Assembly (NCBI GenBank): GCA_024277795.1
Contig: JAJRUL010000085.1
Coordinates: 1 to 22,568, forward strand
Source of the DNA: Candidatus Zixiibacteriota bacterium
GTDB taxonomy: Bacteria; Zixibacteria; MSB-5A5; GN15; FEB-12
Direction of reading: 5' to 3'
DNA: 22,568 nucleotides
Positions 9,432 through 17,039 of the stretch are shown here, piece after piece. How positions within the stretch are numbered: the first letter of the stretch is position 1; each line of letters opens with the position of its first letter. The notes beneath the pieces are model-generated. The model did not search any database and was not told where the DNA came from. It saw only the letters and a list, made by a program, of their open reading frames with translations. Position numbers and translations under genes: made by a program.

Positions 9432-10448
9432 TTGCCTTTGAAACTTAGCGAAATCGCCGACACGGTCGGTGGAACGATAGATGGTGATGGTGGTGTCACA
9501 ATATCAGGTGTTGCCCCTATTGAAACTGCCACACCGTCTGAGATCAGCTTTGTTGCTAATCCACGCTATAAACAACATATAGCGACAACAAAAGCGGGGG
9601 CACTTGTGCTCGATCACGAAACGGACTCAAAGGGAATACCTGCGATAAGACACCCTGAACCGTACCTTACTTTCGCTAAGATTATCGATCTGCTCTATCC
9701 TGAAGAACAATTAACAAAGCCTGGCATAGATCAGACTTCAATCGTTGCTGATAATGCTAAGATTGACGATCTGGTTGCTATCGGTCCACTCTGTCATATC
9801 CGAAATTCAGTAACTATCGGAGCAGGGACAGAACTGGTCTCATCAGTATACATCGGTAGTAACGTCACTATTGGTAAGAATTGTCGTCTGTACCCGGGTG
9901 TACGTATAATGGACGGTGTCTGTATTGGGAATAATGTCCGAATACATTCAGCAACAGTAATCGGCTCAGACTGATTCGGCTATGCCGAGTCAAAAACGGG
10001 TTTGAAGAAAATAAAGCAGATCGGATGGGTAGAAATCGATGATGATGTTGAAATTGGATCCAACTGTTCAGTAGACCGCGGAGCCTTAGGACCAACCAAA
10101 ATCGGCCGAGGAACCAAAATCGATAACCTAGTGCAGATTGCGCATAACGTCGAAATTGGTCAACATTCGATTATAGTATCTCAAGTTGGCATTTCAGGCT
10201 CAACAAAAATTGGTAATGGTGTGATTCTTGCAGGGCAAGTCGGAATTGTCGGCCATATTGAAATTGGTGACGGTGCAATTGTCGGTGCTCAATCAGGAGT
10301 GTCTAAATCGGTAAAGGCAGGAGAAAAAGTTTTCGGTTCCCCTGCCCGACCGATCATGCTCACTAAGCGAATAGAAGCGTGCCAAACAAAACTACCTGAT
10401 GTAATCAAACGTATACGCTCGATCGAAGAAAAGATCAAAGATAATTAG
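9432..10448 (+). pseudogene. lpxD: UDP-3-O-(3-hydroxyacyl)glucosamine N-acyltransferase LpxD. A single in-frame TGA at 9972-9974 splits it into ORFs 9432..9974 and 10002..10448.
   Basis: TTG start 1 nt after the skp stop. …[40 protein letters not shown]…[10 protein letters not shown]… is the universal LpxD IGSDGFGYA…KIPQIG…IAHNV region with TGA exactly at the Gly (GGA) position. Both pieces are in the same frame, left-handed beta-helix hexapeptide repeats run throughout, and the catalytic His lies in the downstream piece. TAG stop. Confidence 0.75.
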
Positions 10449-10457
10449 CAAATTGAG

Positions 10458-11039
10458 TTACGTAACTAACCGTTCTTCGATCATCACGATTTTTTCCCAA
10501 TTCTTCTCCATTTTCCCAACTTGATTGAGTACCTCTTTTCCATCCCCTGACTCAGCCGCTTGCCGTATTGCCTGCAAGATGTGCCATTGCTGACGATTCA
10601 CTACCTTCCACTGAGCTATATGTCGTCCAAGCTCACCTACAGTCTGATTGAGTTCTGTAACGATACTCCCCAAATGCCCACGTGTTTCTGAAGATGGTAC
10701 AGTTCCGGATAAATCTCCAGCCGCCATTTCACGCAATCGCATCTGTATCTTTTTTGCTGATCCTGCCCCTCGTAAGACAGGTAAGAGAGCAATAACCGCA
10801 ATCGCTGTAATAGCCGCTACTACTGCTGAAATCATATACGGCATCAGAGTCAATGCGGCAAGCTCAAACGCACTCCCGACCCGAGCGAGACGATCCTCTG
10901 TAAAGATACTGTTAAAGTAAATGATTGTAGATGCAGAGAGTATTATTGTCGCACCAGTCATAAAAAACAGACGTCGATAAATGAGCATTTTTGCCTCATC
11001 AATTTGGTTCACCTCAGATTTCCTACCACTTTTCAACAC
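10458..11039 (-). CDS. Membrane protein with two TM helices plus a HAMP domain and no output domain.
   Basis: About 190 aa. TM1 LIYRRLFFMTGATIILSASTIIYF and TM2 TLMPYMISAVVAAITAIAVIALLPVL, followed by a HAMP-like AKKIQMRLREMAAGDLSGTVP…LGSIVTELNQTVGEL and a short coiled-coil tail. AGGAGG at 11043-11048. Start is GTG 11039 or TTG 11036. TAA stop is only 9 bp from the convergent lpxD stop. Confidence 0.6.
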   Translation of the reverse strand: MLKSGRKSEVNQIDEAKMLIYRRLFFMTGATIILSASTIIYFNSIFTEDRLARVGSAFELAALTLMPYMISAVVAAITAIAVIALLPVLRGAGSAKKIQMRLREMAAGDLSGTVPSSETRGHLGSIVTELNQTVGELGRHIAQWKVVNRQQWHILQAIRQAAESGDGKEVLNQVGKMEKNWEKIVMIEERLVT

Positions 11040-11188
11040 TCAATCCTCCTATGTCATGCTGATTAGTAGACCTGCGTCAGCAGGCATAAAATTCCTCTTA
11101 GTTATATTGTAGGGTATCGGAATGACCAACGGGCAGAATAAGTTTCATTTTGAAACAATCGCTGTTCCAAAGTGAAACAGCATGAAAA

Positions 11189-11215
11189 GGCCCCATAAGT
11201 AAAGACTTACGGGGC
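11189..11215 (-). terminator. Probable rho-independent terminator of ssb.
   Basis: GGCCCCATAAGT-aaag-ACTTACGGGGC forms a 10-bp stem with one mismatch, about 30 nt downstream of the ssb stop. On the minus strand it is followed by CUUUUCAUGCUGUUUC. Confidence 0.45.
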
Positions 11216-11244
11216 ACGAAACAGATTTGATGCGTTATTTCTGA

Positions 11245-11679
11245 TCAAAAAGGAAGGTCATCATCACCAGCAGGTGTTCCCTCAGGGCCTGGAGCCGACT
11301 GGGCAGGTTCCGGCGATATAGCTGAAGGGGCTGATCCCCCACCTGCATCAGCTCTATTTCCAATGAAACTAAAATTCTGGACTACTATTTCAGAAATATA
11401 TTTTTTGTTACCCTCTTTATCATCATAGTTCCTATTGACAATACGACCCTCTATATATATCTGCCTCCCCTTGCGCATATATTCATTGAGGACTTCACCC
11501 TGACGACCCCATGCAACGATATTATGCCAGGTCGTATCTTCGTGCTTTTGTCCATCTTGACCAGTCCATCGCTCAGTCGTCGCCAGAGTAAAAGTTGCAA
11601 CAGCTTTTCCGCTCTGGGTATACTTTAATTCTGGATCTCTGCCTAGATTTCCAATCAAAATAGCTTTGTTTACACTCAT
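11245..11679 (-). CDS. ssb: Single-stranded DNA-binding protein.
   Basis: MSVNKAILIGNLGRDPELKYTQSGKAVATFTLATTERW…TTWHNIVAWGRQGEV…IYIEGRI… is an OB-fold SSB. It has a Gly/Pro-rich tail ending in the acidic DDDLPF tip, then TGA. ATG at 11679 with a GGGAGGAAG SD. The ORF track start at 11757 is upstream of the SD. Confidence 0.92.
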   Translation of the reverse strand: MSVNKAILIGNLGRDPELKYTQSGKAVATFTLATTERWTGQDGQKHEDTTWHNIVAWGRQGEVLNEYMRKGRQIYIEGRIVNRNYDDKEGNKKYISEIVVQNFSFIGNRADAGGGSAPSAISPEPAQSAPGPEGTPAGDDDLPF

Positions 11680-11891
11680 TTCTTCCTCCCGCACGCTCAC
11701 TACGCGGCCAAATATCAGACGTTCTACAATTTCAGCATATCGCTTGTAACTGTTCAAGCAAAGGAAATTATTTCCCCAGCCATACTAATATACAATACGA
11801 GAAGATCATAGAACAGCATATTTTGCTTGAATGACTGTAGGGAAAGATATATTCTGCAAAAAACAATAATAAAGAATGTGATGGATAGAAC

Positions 11892-12692
11892 TTGTCGAAA
11901 ATTGAGCAAAAAATAACAACAATTAAACGTTTCATTACAGGCCAACTTACAGCCTCAGGGATGAAAGGTTTTGTCTTAGGACTTTCTGGAGGAATTGACT
12001 CGGCAGTCTCTGCAGTCCTTGCTGTTGAAGCGATTGGAAATGACAAAGTTTTGGGAATTATGATGCCATATCGCACATCATCTGACAACTCCCTCAGCGA
12101 TGCCAAAGCTTTGGCAAAACATCTTAACATCTCAACCAGACAGATTGAAATATCCCCGATGATAGATGCCTATTTCCCTACTATTAATGATGACATAAAA
12201 TTAAGGGCAGGCAATAAAATGGCTCGTGAAAGAATGTCGATTCTATTTGATATTGCCGCCGAAACAAGCAGACTCGTACTTGGGACAGGAAATCGCACAG
12301 AAATCTGCCTTGGCTACACTACTTGGTATGGAGACTCCGCTTGCTCAATAAATCCTATTGGGGAATTGTATAAAACAGAAGTGAGAGAAATAGCACGGTA
12401 TTTTGAGCTACCAGACTCTATTATTTCCAAACCCCCATCTGCTGACCTCTGGGCTGGACAAACTGATGAGAAAGAGATTGGTGTCACCTATGAACTGATT
12501 GACCGTCTCTTAGAATGTTTGATTGATCAGGGTACAACCTCGATGTCACAACTTGAAGCTCAAGGGTTCAGTTCAACAGACATCAGCAAAGTCGTTTCAC
12601 TTCTTAACCGCAACTGGTTCAAAAGGCAACTACCCGCTATTGCCCCATTAGGAAAAACAGCAATCCCTCGCCATCTACAGTTGGTAGATTGA
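11892..12692 (+). CDS. nadE: NH3-dependent NAD+ synthetase.
   Basis: …MKGFVLGLSGGIDSAVSAV… is the PP-loop SGGxDS, and …GTGNRTEICLGYTTWYGDSA…PSADLWAGQTDEKEIGVTYELID… is NadE-typical. TTG start at 11892 is the first codon after an in-frame TAG, with a weak SD. TGA stop overlaps the rsmI start region. Confidence 0.85.
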   Translation: MSKIEQKITTIKRFITGQLTASGMKGFVLGLSGGIDSAVSAVLAVEAIGNDKVLGIMMPYRTSSDNSLSDAKALAKHLNISTRQIEISPMIDAYFPTINDDIKLRAGNKMARERMSILFDIAAETSRLVLGTGNRTEICLGYTTWYGDSACSINPIGELYKTEVREIARYFELPDSIISKPPSADLWAGQTDEKEIGVTYELIDRLLECLIDQGTTSMSQLEAQGFSSTDISKVVSLLNRNWFKRQLPAIAPLGKTAIPRHLQLVD

Positions 12693-12700
12693 GGTTATAC

Positions 12701-13411
12701 GTGTCAGACGGAAAAGCCACACTATATTTAGTGCCTACCCCTATTGGCAATATGGGAGACATTTCTGATCGTGTTCGTGCAACCCTATCAGAAGTTGAAG
12801 TCATTGCTTGTGAAGACACAAGACATAGCGGAAGATTGCTTCAGCAATTAGGAATAAAAAAAAAGCTCCTCAGTTACCATAACTTTAACGAAACACAGCG
12901 AGCATCACAGCTCATTGAAATACTCCGTCATGGCAGTTCAGTCGCTGTCATTACTGATGCAGGCTCTCCGGGTATCTCTGACCCTGCTTTTCGTGTCGTT
13001 CGTATCGCAATTGAACATGATATCGAAATCATTCCCATCCCTGGACCGAATGCGATTATTCCTGCTTTAACCGCATCCGGACTTCCAACGGACAGATTCT
13101 TTTTTGAAGGGTTCCTCTCTCCAAAATCTGGTGCACGAAAAAAACGGCTATCTACTCTGAAAGAGCTCAATCATACACTCATCTTCTATGAATCTCCACA
13201 CCGAATTGTCAAAACGATAGCTGATATGCTAATAGTTCTTGGGAACAGACAAGCCTGTATCGCAAGAGAGATAAGTAAAGTGCACGAAGAATTCCTTCGC
13301 GGAACCCTAAAAGAGCTCAATGATTGTCTCAGCAAGCGGAAACTAAAAGGGGAAATGGTCGTTCTGGTTGGAGGAAGTTCAATGATTGCAGAAGAGCAAC
13401 AGGAAACATAA
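12701..13411 (+). CDS. rsmI: 16S rRNA (cytidine1402-2'-O)-methyltransferase, tetrapyrrole-methylase fold.
   Basis: …TLYLVPTPIGNMGDISDRVRATLSEVEVIACEDTRHSGRLLQQLGI…LIFYESPHRI… is RsmI/YraL-like. GTG at 12701 with a GAGG SD 7 nt upstream is preferred; the ORF track gives TTG 12689. TAA stop abuts the next ATG. Confidence 0.85.
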   Translation: MSDGKATLYLVPTPIGNMGDISDRVRATLSEVEVIACEDTRHSGRLLQQLGIKKKLLSYHNFNETQRASQLIEILRHGSSVAVITDAGSPGISDPAFRVVRIAIEHDIEIIPIPGPNAIIPALTASGLPTDRFFFEGFLSPKSGARKKRLSTLKELNHTLIFYESPHRIVKTIADMLIVLGNRQACIAREISKVHEEFLRGTLKELNDCLSKRKLKGEMVVLVGGSSMIAEEQQET

Positions 13412-14329
13412 ATGTCAACCTCGGCTATCCGTTTCTACACATTTGATAAGCTGTTCATCGGTTATTGCCTATTGATGGTTATTACCTTACTTGCCTTTGG
13501 GCGACCTCTGTCAAACTATCTGCCAGCGTTACTCTTCTATTCCTCTATGGGAGTACTGGTAGTTCTAATAGCACGATATCTCAGCATTGAACAAAGTGGT
13601 TGGCGAAAACTGCTTCGCTTGTTATATCCCGTCATTCTCTTCACTTTCTTTTATCGCATGACTGGCGATTTGATGCACCTGATTTTTAGTGACTTCTTCG
13701 ACTCACAACTTGTTGCTTTTGAGTTAGCCCTGTTTGGTGTACATCCTACGCTCTATATTGACCAACATCTTCTCAATACACTAACAACTGAGATTATCTC
13801 CTTCTGCTATTTTTCATACTACCTAATGATTCCGGTATTCCTTGCAACGCTCTACTATCAACAAGATTTAGACAATCTAAAAAATTCTCTGTCTGCCATC
13901 TCTATTACCTTCTTTCTCTCCTATATGCTCTTTTTTCTTTATCCTGTAGAAGGACCGCGCTGGCATTTTGCTTCAGAATATATACATCAGGTATCAGGGC
14001 CGGTGTTTAGACGAATGGTTGAATTTGTTATTGCCAATGGGGCTGTTCGCGGTGGCTGTATGCCATCCTCTCATTTCGGCGTTGCTTTGGTTCTGGTGAT
14101 GTATACTTTTCGTCGGAAACAACCGAGCAGGTGGATTTGGCTGTTGTTGACAGTCGGCCTTTCGGTAGGTACTGTATGGGGTCGTTTCCATTATGTTTCT
14201 GATGTTGTAGTCGGGGGTATAATAGGTTTGATATCGACATTAGTTGCCTGGAGATTTGTGGAACCGCATAACTCAGGGCAGAACCAACAGCAAAAAATTA
14301 CTGGAGTTATAAAAAATCATGTGGCCTGA
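13412..14329 (+). CDS. PAP2-superfamily integral membrane phosphotransferase of the AUR1 / sphingomyelin-synthase-like branch (PAP2_3/PAP2_C-like).
   Basis: 305 aa with about 6 predicted TM helices. GGCMPSSHF resembles the SMS D3 C-G-D-x3-S-G-H-T / PSGH motif. WGRFHYVSDVVVGG resembles SMS D4 H-Y-T-x-D-V / SRx5Hx3D. AGGAAA SD with a 5-nt spacer. TGA stop overlaps lgt by 11 nt. Confidence 0.6.
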   Translation: MSTSAIRFYTFDKLFIGYCLLMVITLLAFGRPLSNYLPALLFYSSMGVLVVLIARYLSIEQSGWRKLLRLLYPVILFTFFYRMTGDLMHLIFSDFFDSQLVAFELALFGVHPTLYIDQHLLNTLTTEIISFCYFSYYLMIPVFLATLYYQQDLDNLKNSLSAISITFFLSYMLFFLYPVEGPRWHFASEYIHQVSGPVFRRMVEFVIANGAVRGGCMPSSHFGVALVLVMYTFRRKQPSRWIWLLLTVGLSVGTVWGRFHYVSDVVVGGIIGLISTLVAWRFVEPHNSGQNQQQKITGVIKNHVA

Positions 14330-15131
14330 AATATTTAGAATTGGACCGATACCTATTCGTTCTTATGGGCTTGCGCTCGCCGTCGCTTTCTTCCTCGGAA
14401 TTACATATATTTACAAACTGACACAGAAATATAACAAGCCGTTCGAGCCGTTTCTCACAATCTCCTACATCATGATCTTTGGAGGAATTATTGGGGCTCG
14501 ACTGGCATATGTTCTGTTTCATCTCTCAGAATTTTCAGGTAACTGGGGAGCAACATTCAATCCGTTTGCTTCAGCATCTTTCGGAATTGCAGGCTTGAAT
14601 GTGTATGGAGGAGTCTTTCTTGCGATTATCGGAACATTTGTTTATACACGTTGGACCAAACAATCTGTCTTAGAGTATTTCGATTTCTTCTCTCCAACTT
14701 TTGGTTTGGGTTTAGGTATAGCTCGAATCGGTTGCTTCCTCAATGGATGTTGTTTTGGTACACCGACTGATCTCCCGTGGGGCATCACGTTCCCACAAGG
14801 ATCTATCCCCTATTCAGTTTTTGGTTCAGCCCATATCCACCCATCTCAAATATACAGTTCTCTCTATGGCTTTGGTTTATTCTTCTTGTTGCATTGGATG
14901 ATGCCCCGAAGGAAATTTGTCGGTCAATTGGTTGCAGTAATGTTCATGATAGAAGCGTTTTTCCGCTATACTATTGAATCAGTACGTTTCTATGAAAACG
15001 CAATGCATATAGAAATTGCAGGCTTGCACCCAACGTACAATCACCTCATGTCGATAGGTATATTTAGCCTCGGTTTAGCTATCTATCTTATTCAACAAAA
15101 ACGAGCACGTTTGCCCGTAACAGAGAACTAA
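14319..15131 (+). CDS. lgt: Prolipoprotein diacylglyceryl transferase.
   Basis: MWPEIFRIGPIPIRSYGLALAVAFFLG…YGGVFLAIIG…GLGIARIGCFLNGCCFGTPTDLPWGITFP contains the Lgt signature GRxGNFxNGE-like region and about 7 TM helices. TAA stop. Confidence 0.88.
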   Translation: MWPEIFRIGPIPIRSYGLALAVAFFLGITYIYKLTQKYNKPFEPFLTISYIMIFGGIIGARLAYVLFHLSEFSGNWGATFNPFASASFGIAGLNVYGGVFLAIIGTFVYTRWTKQSVLEYFDFFSPTFGLGLGIARIGCFLNGCCFGTPTDLPWGITFPQGSIPYSVFGSAHIHPSQIYSSLYGFGLFFLLHWMMPRRKFVGQLVAVMFMIEAFFRYTIESVRFYENAMHIEIAGLHPTYNHLMSIGIFSLGLAIYLIQQKRARLPVTEN

Positions 15132-15162
15132 TAATTTTAGCTCAAAAATAGAGACGAATTGT

Positions 15163-16746
15163 TTACAGCCCACCAGTTACAGTATGCAGGATAACTCCAT
15201 TCCCTCCGACCGCCCATCCTGAGTTATCGTCGATAAAGAAAAGATCATACAATATCTCATTGGTACCACTTGGTTGCTCTATCCATGTAAGTCCATCAGT
15301 CGTATGATAGATTTTCCCATTATCACCACAGACCCAACCTTGGTTGATCGACGAAAATGATACACCCCAAAACTGAACCGAATCAGTAGCGGGCAATACT
15401 GGGGTCCAAAATTGACCTCCATTTGAGGTCGATAGTATTGTCCCTGCCTGTCCAACTGCCCATCCATGCATATTATCAACCATATCAATATCTCTCAGCT
15501 CAAATCCTGGAATAGCAAACTGCTCAACCCAATTGAGACCACCGTCGCTAGTGAAGAAAATAGATCCACCAAAACCAACGACCCAACCGCTATCCTGACT
15601 AACGAAGTCAACTTCAGTAAGATTACGTCCTGATCCTGTCGGTCTTGAAACCCAACTTGTCCCTCCATCATTAGTAAATAAGACAGCATCATTCCTGCCA
15701 ACAACCCATCCCAAAGTATCGTTCAGGAAGAATAGCCCTTCATACTGCGATGTGTCACCTGTCGTCAGTTTAACCCAGTTCGCTCCGCCATCAATAGTCT
15801 TAGAAACTAATCCTGAACCTCCAGCAATCCAACCAACTTGATTACTTGTAAACTGAACATCTCCTAGAGCTTTAGTTATTCCATTTGACTGAAGACTCCA
15901 CAAGTCACCACCGTTACTCGTATTAATAACATACCCTGTTTGTTCAAAAGCACTACTTACAATACCTACAGCCCAACCTCTGTTTGCATCCAGTATATGA
16001 ACTGCTCTCAAATCTCTTGCTTCAGGATTTGACTGCGGTAACCACGATACAACAGTAAGCGAACAAGGAATCACAATAGGTGTATTCCCCCCCGTCGGAG
16101 AATCTAATATGATGGTGTCCACAAAAACACCGATTGGTAGCGACGATACATCAGCCCCAACTGACAATGTTGTTGGCCCTTCCCCTGCAGAAGGAGTCAC
16201 GTGTAGCCATGAACTGCTCCACGTTGTCGTATACTCAAAATTTGATGCACTCCCGCTCGTGAGACTAATGGATTGATCAGGAGGATTACCCGCTCCTGTT
16301 GCTATTACAAATACTAAAGATTGTGTGCTAACCTGCAGAATGTGCTCTATTGTAAGATTTATCTCCAATGGAATACGGGAATTGACTGCCTCCGATGATG
16401 TAACCCAGACTGTCTCAATGTAGACACCCTCATCAAGTAAACCAGTTGAGATGTTTACACCGAAGCTATCAGTAGCAACTCCCGATGTGTTGCCAAAGAG
16501 TGTCATCCAACTAACGGATTCTGTCGCTTGATACGTCAAGTCACCATCACCCTCATTGGACACAACAATCCACTGTGGTTGAGGATTTACCTGATATGGC
16601 ACAGATCTATCCAACGTAGCTGGGCGAAGTAAAATCCGAGTTGGCTTTGAATCAGTACTATCTGAAGCACAGCTAGATAATAAAGTGACAATTCCAATGA
16701 ATAATACGAGATGTATGAGTCGGTTCAGCAGTGTTGAGTGATCCAA
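15163..16746 (-). CDS. Secreted lipoprotein with two N-terminal Ig/BACON-like beta domains and a C-terminal 7-bladed Ycf48-like (BNR/Asp-box) beta-propeller.
   Basis: TTG start with a GAAGG SD. Signal plus lipobox LLSSC. Two ~100-aa repeats each end in …P..I.LT(I/V). Then seven blades with GW(A/V)VG … T(S/N/T)DGG..W motifs, for example TSDGGLNWVEQ, TNDGGTSWVSR, TIDGGANWVKL, TSNGGQFWTPV and TTDGLTWIEQ. TAA stop. Confidence 0.7.
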   Translation of the reverse strand: MDHSTLLNRLIHLVLFIGIVTLLSSCASDSTDSKPTRILLRPATLDRSVPYQVNPQPQWIVVSNEGDGDLTYQATESVSWMTLFGNTSGVATDSFGVNISTGLLDEGVYIETVWVTSSEAVNSRIPLEINLTIEHILQVSTQSLVFVIATGAGNPPDQSISLTSGSASNFEYTTTWSSSWLHVTPSAGEGPTTLSVGADVSSLPIGVFVDTIILDSPTGGNTPIVIPCSLTVVSWLPQSNPEARDLRAVHILDANRGWAVGIVSSAFEQTGYVINTSNGGDLWSLQSNGITKALGDVQFTSNQVGWIAGGSGLVSKTIDGGANWVKLTTGDTSQYEGLFFLNDTLGWVVGRNDAVLFTNDGGTSWVSRPTGSGRNLTEVDFVSQDSGWVVGFGGSIFFTSDGGLNWVEQFAIPGFELRDIDMVDNMHGWAVGQAGTILSTSNGGQFWTPVLPATDSVQFWGVSFSSINQGWVCGDNGKIYHTTDGLTWIEQPSGTNEILYDLFFIDDNSGWAVGGNGVILHTVTGGL

Positions 16747-16981
16747 ACTATGCCTTCTTTCAATACTTTTCTTTCGACCAATGTGCCTAGGTGCAGTCAG
16801 ACTGTCAACCTCGTTTTGGCTCTATGTCTGTTCTCACTGAGTATCAACGCATAATACGGAGTCCTTGTTCACTCAAGATGACCAATAAGGAAACTGATTA
16901 CACTCACAATTGATGATTATTTTGTATCTTGCGTACAAAAACATAGGTTCGTATTAATAATTTACTGTGTTGCATCATAAA

Positions 16982-17010
16982 TTGACGAAATGTTATGATA
17001 ACACTAAATT
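16982..17010 (+). promoter_or_regulatory. Putative sigma70-type promoter of zupT, with the Zur box filling the spacer.
   Basis: -35 TTGACG (16982-16987), 17-nt spacer, -10 TAAATT (17005-17010). GGAG SD at 17027-17030. Confidence 0.4.
16987..17007 (+). promoter_or_regulatory. Zur box (zinc uptake regulator operator) upstream of zupT.
   Basis: gAAATGTTATgATAACActaa has a perfect 6-1-6 palindrome TGTTAT-g-ATAACA at 16991-17003. It matches the gammaproteobacterial Zur consensus GAAATGTTATawTATAACATTTC. It lies about 35 nt upstream of a ZIP-family zinc importer. Confidence 0.55.
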
Positions 17011-17039
17011 TTCAACAAGTTAGTACGGAGAATTGACAT

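Noticed and set aside
9972-9974. TGA at a conserved Gly codon as evidence for genetic code 25 (UGA=Gly, SR1/Gracilibacteria) or code 4.
   Set aside because: TGA is used as a genuine terminator in this window. It ends ssb right after the universal C-terminal DDDLPF, and also ends nadE, skp, the PAP2-like gene and mntP. Long genes (uvrB, bamA, sufB) contain no other in-frame TGA. The genome therefore uses the standard code, and this TGA is an isolated event.
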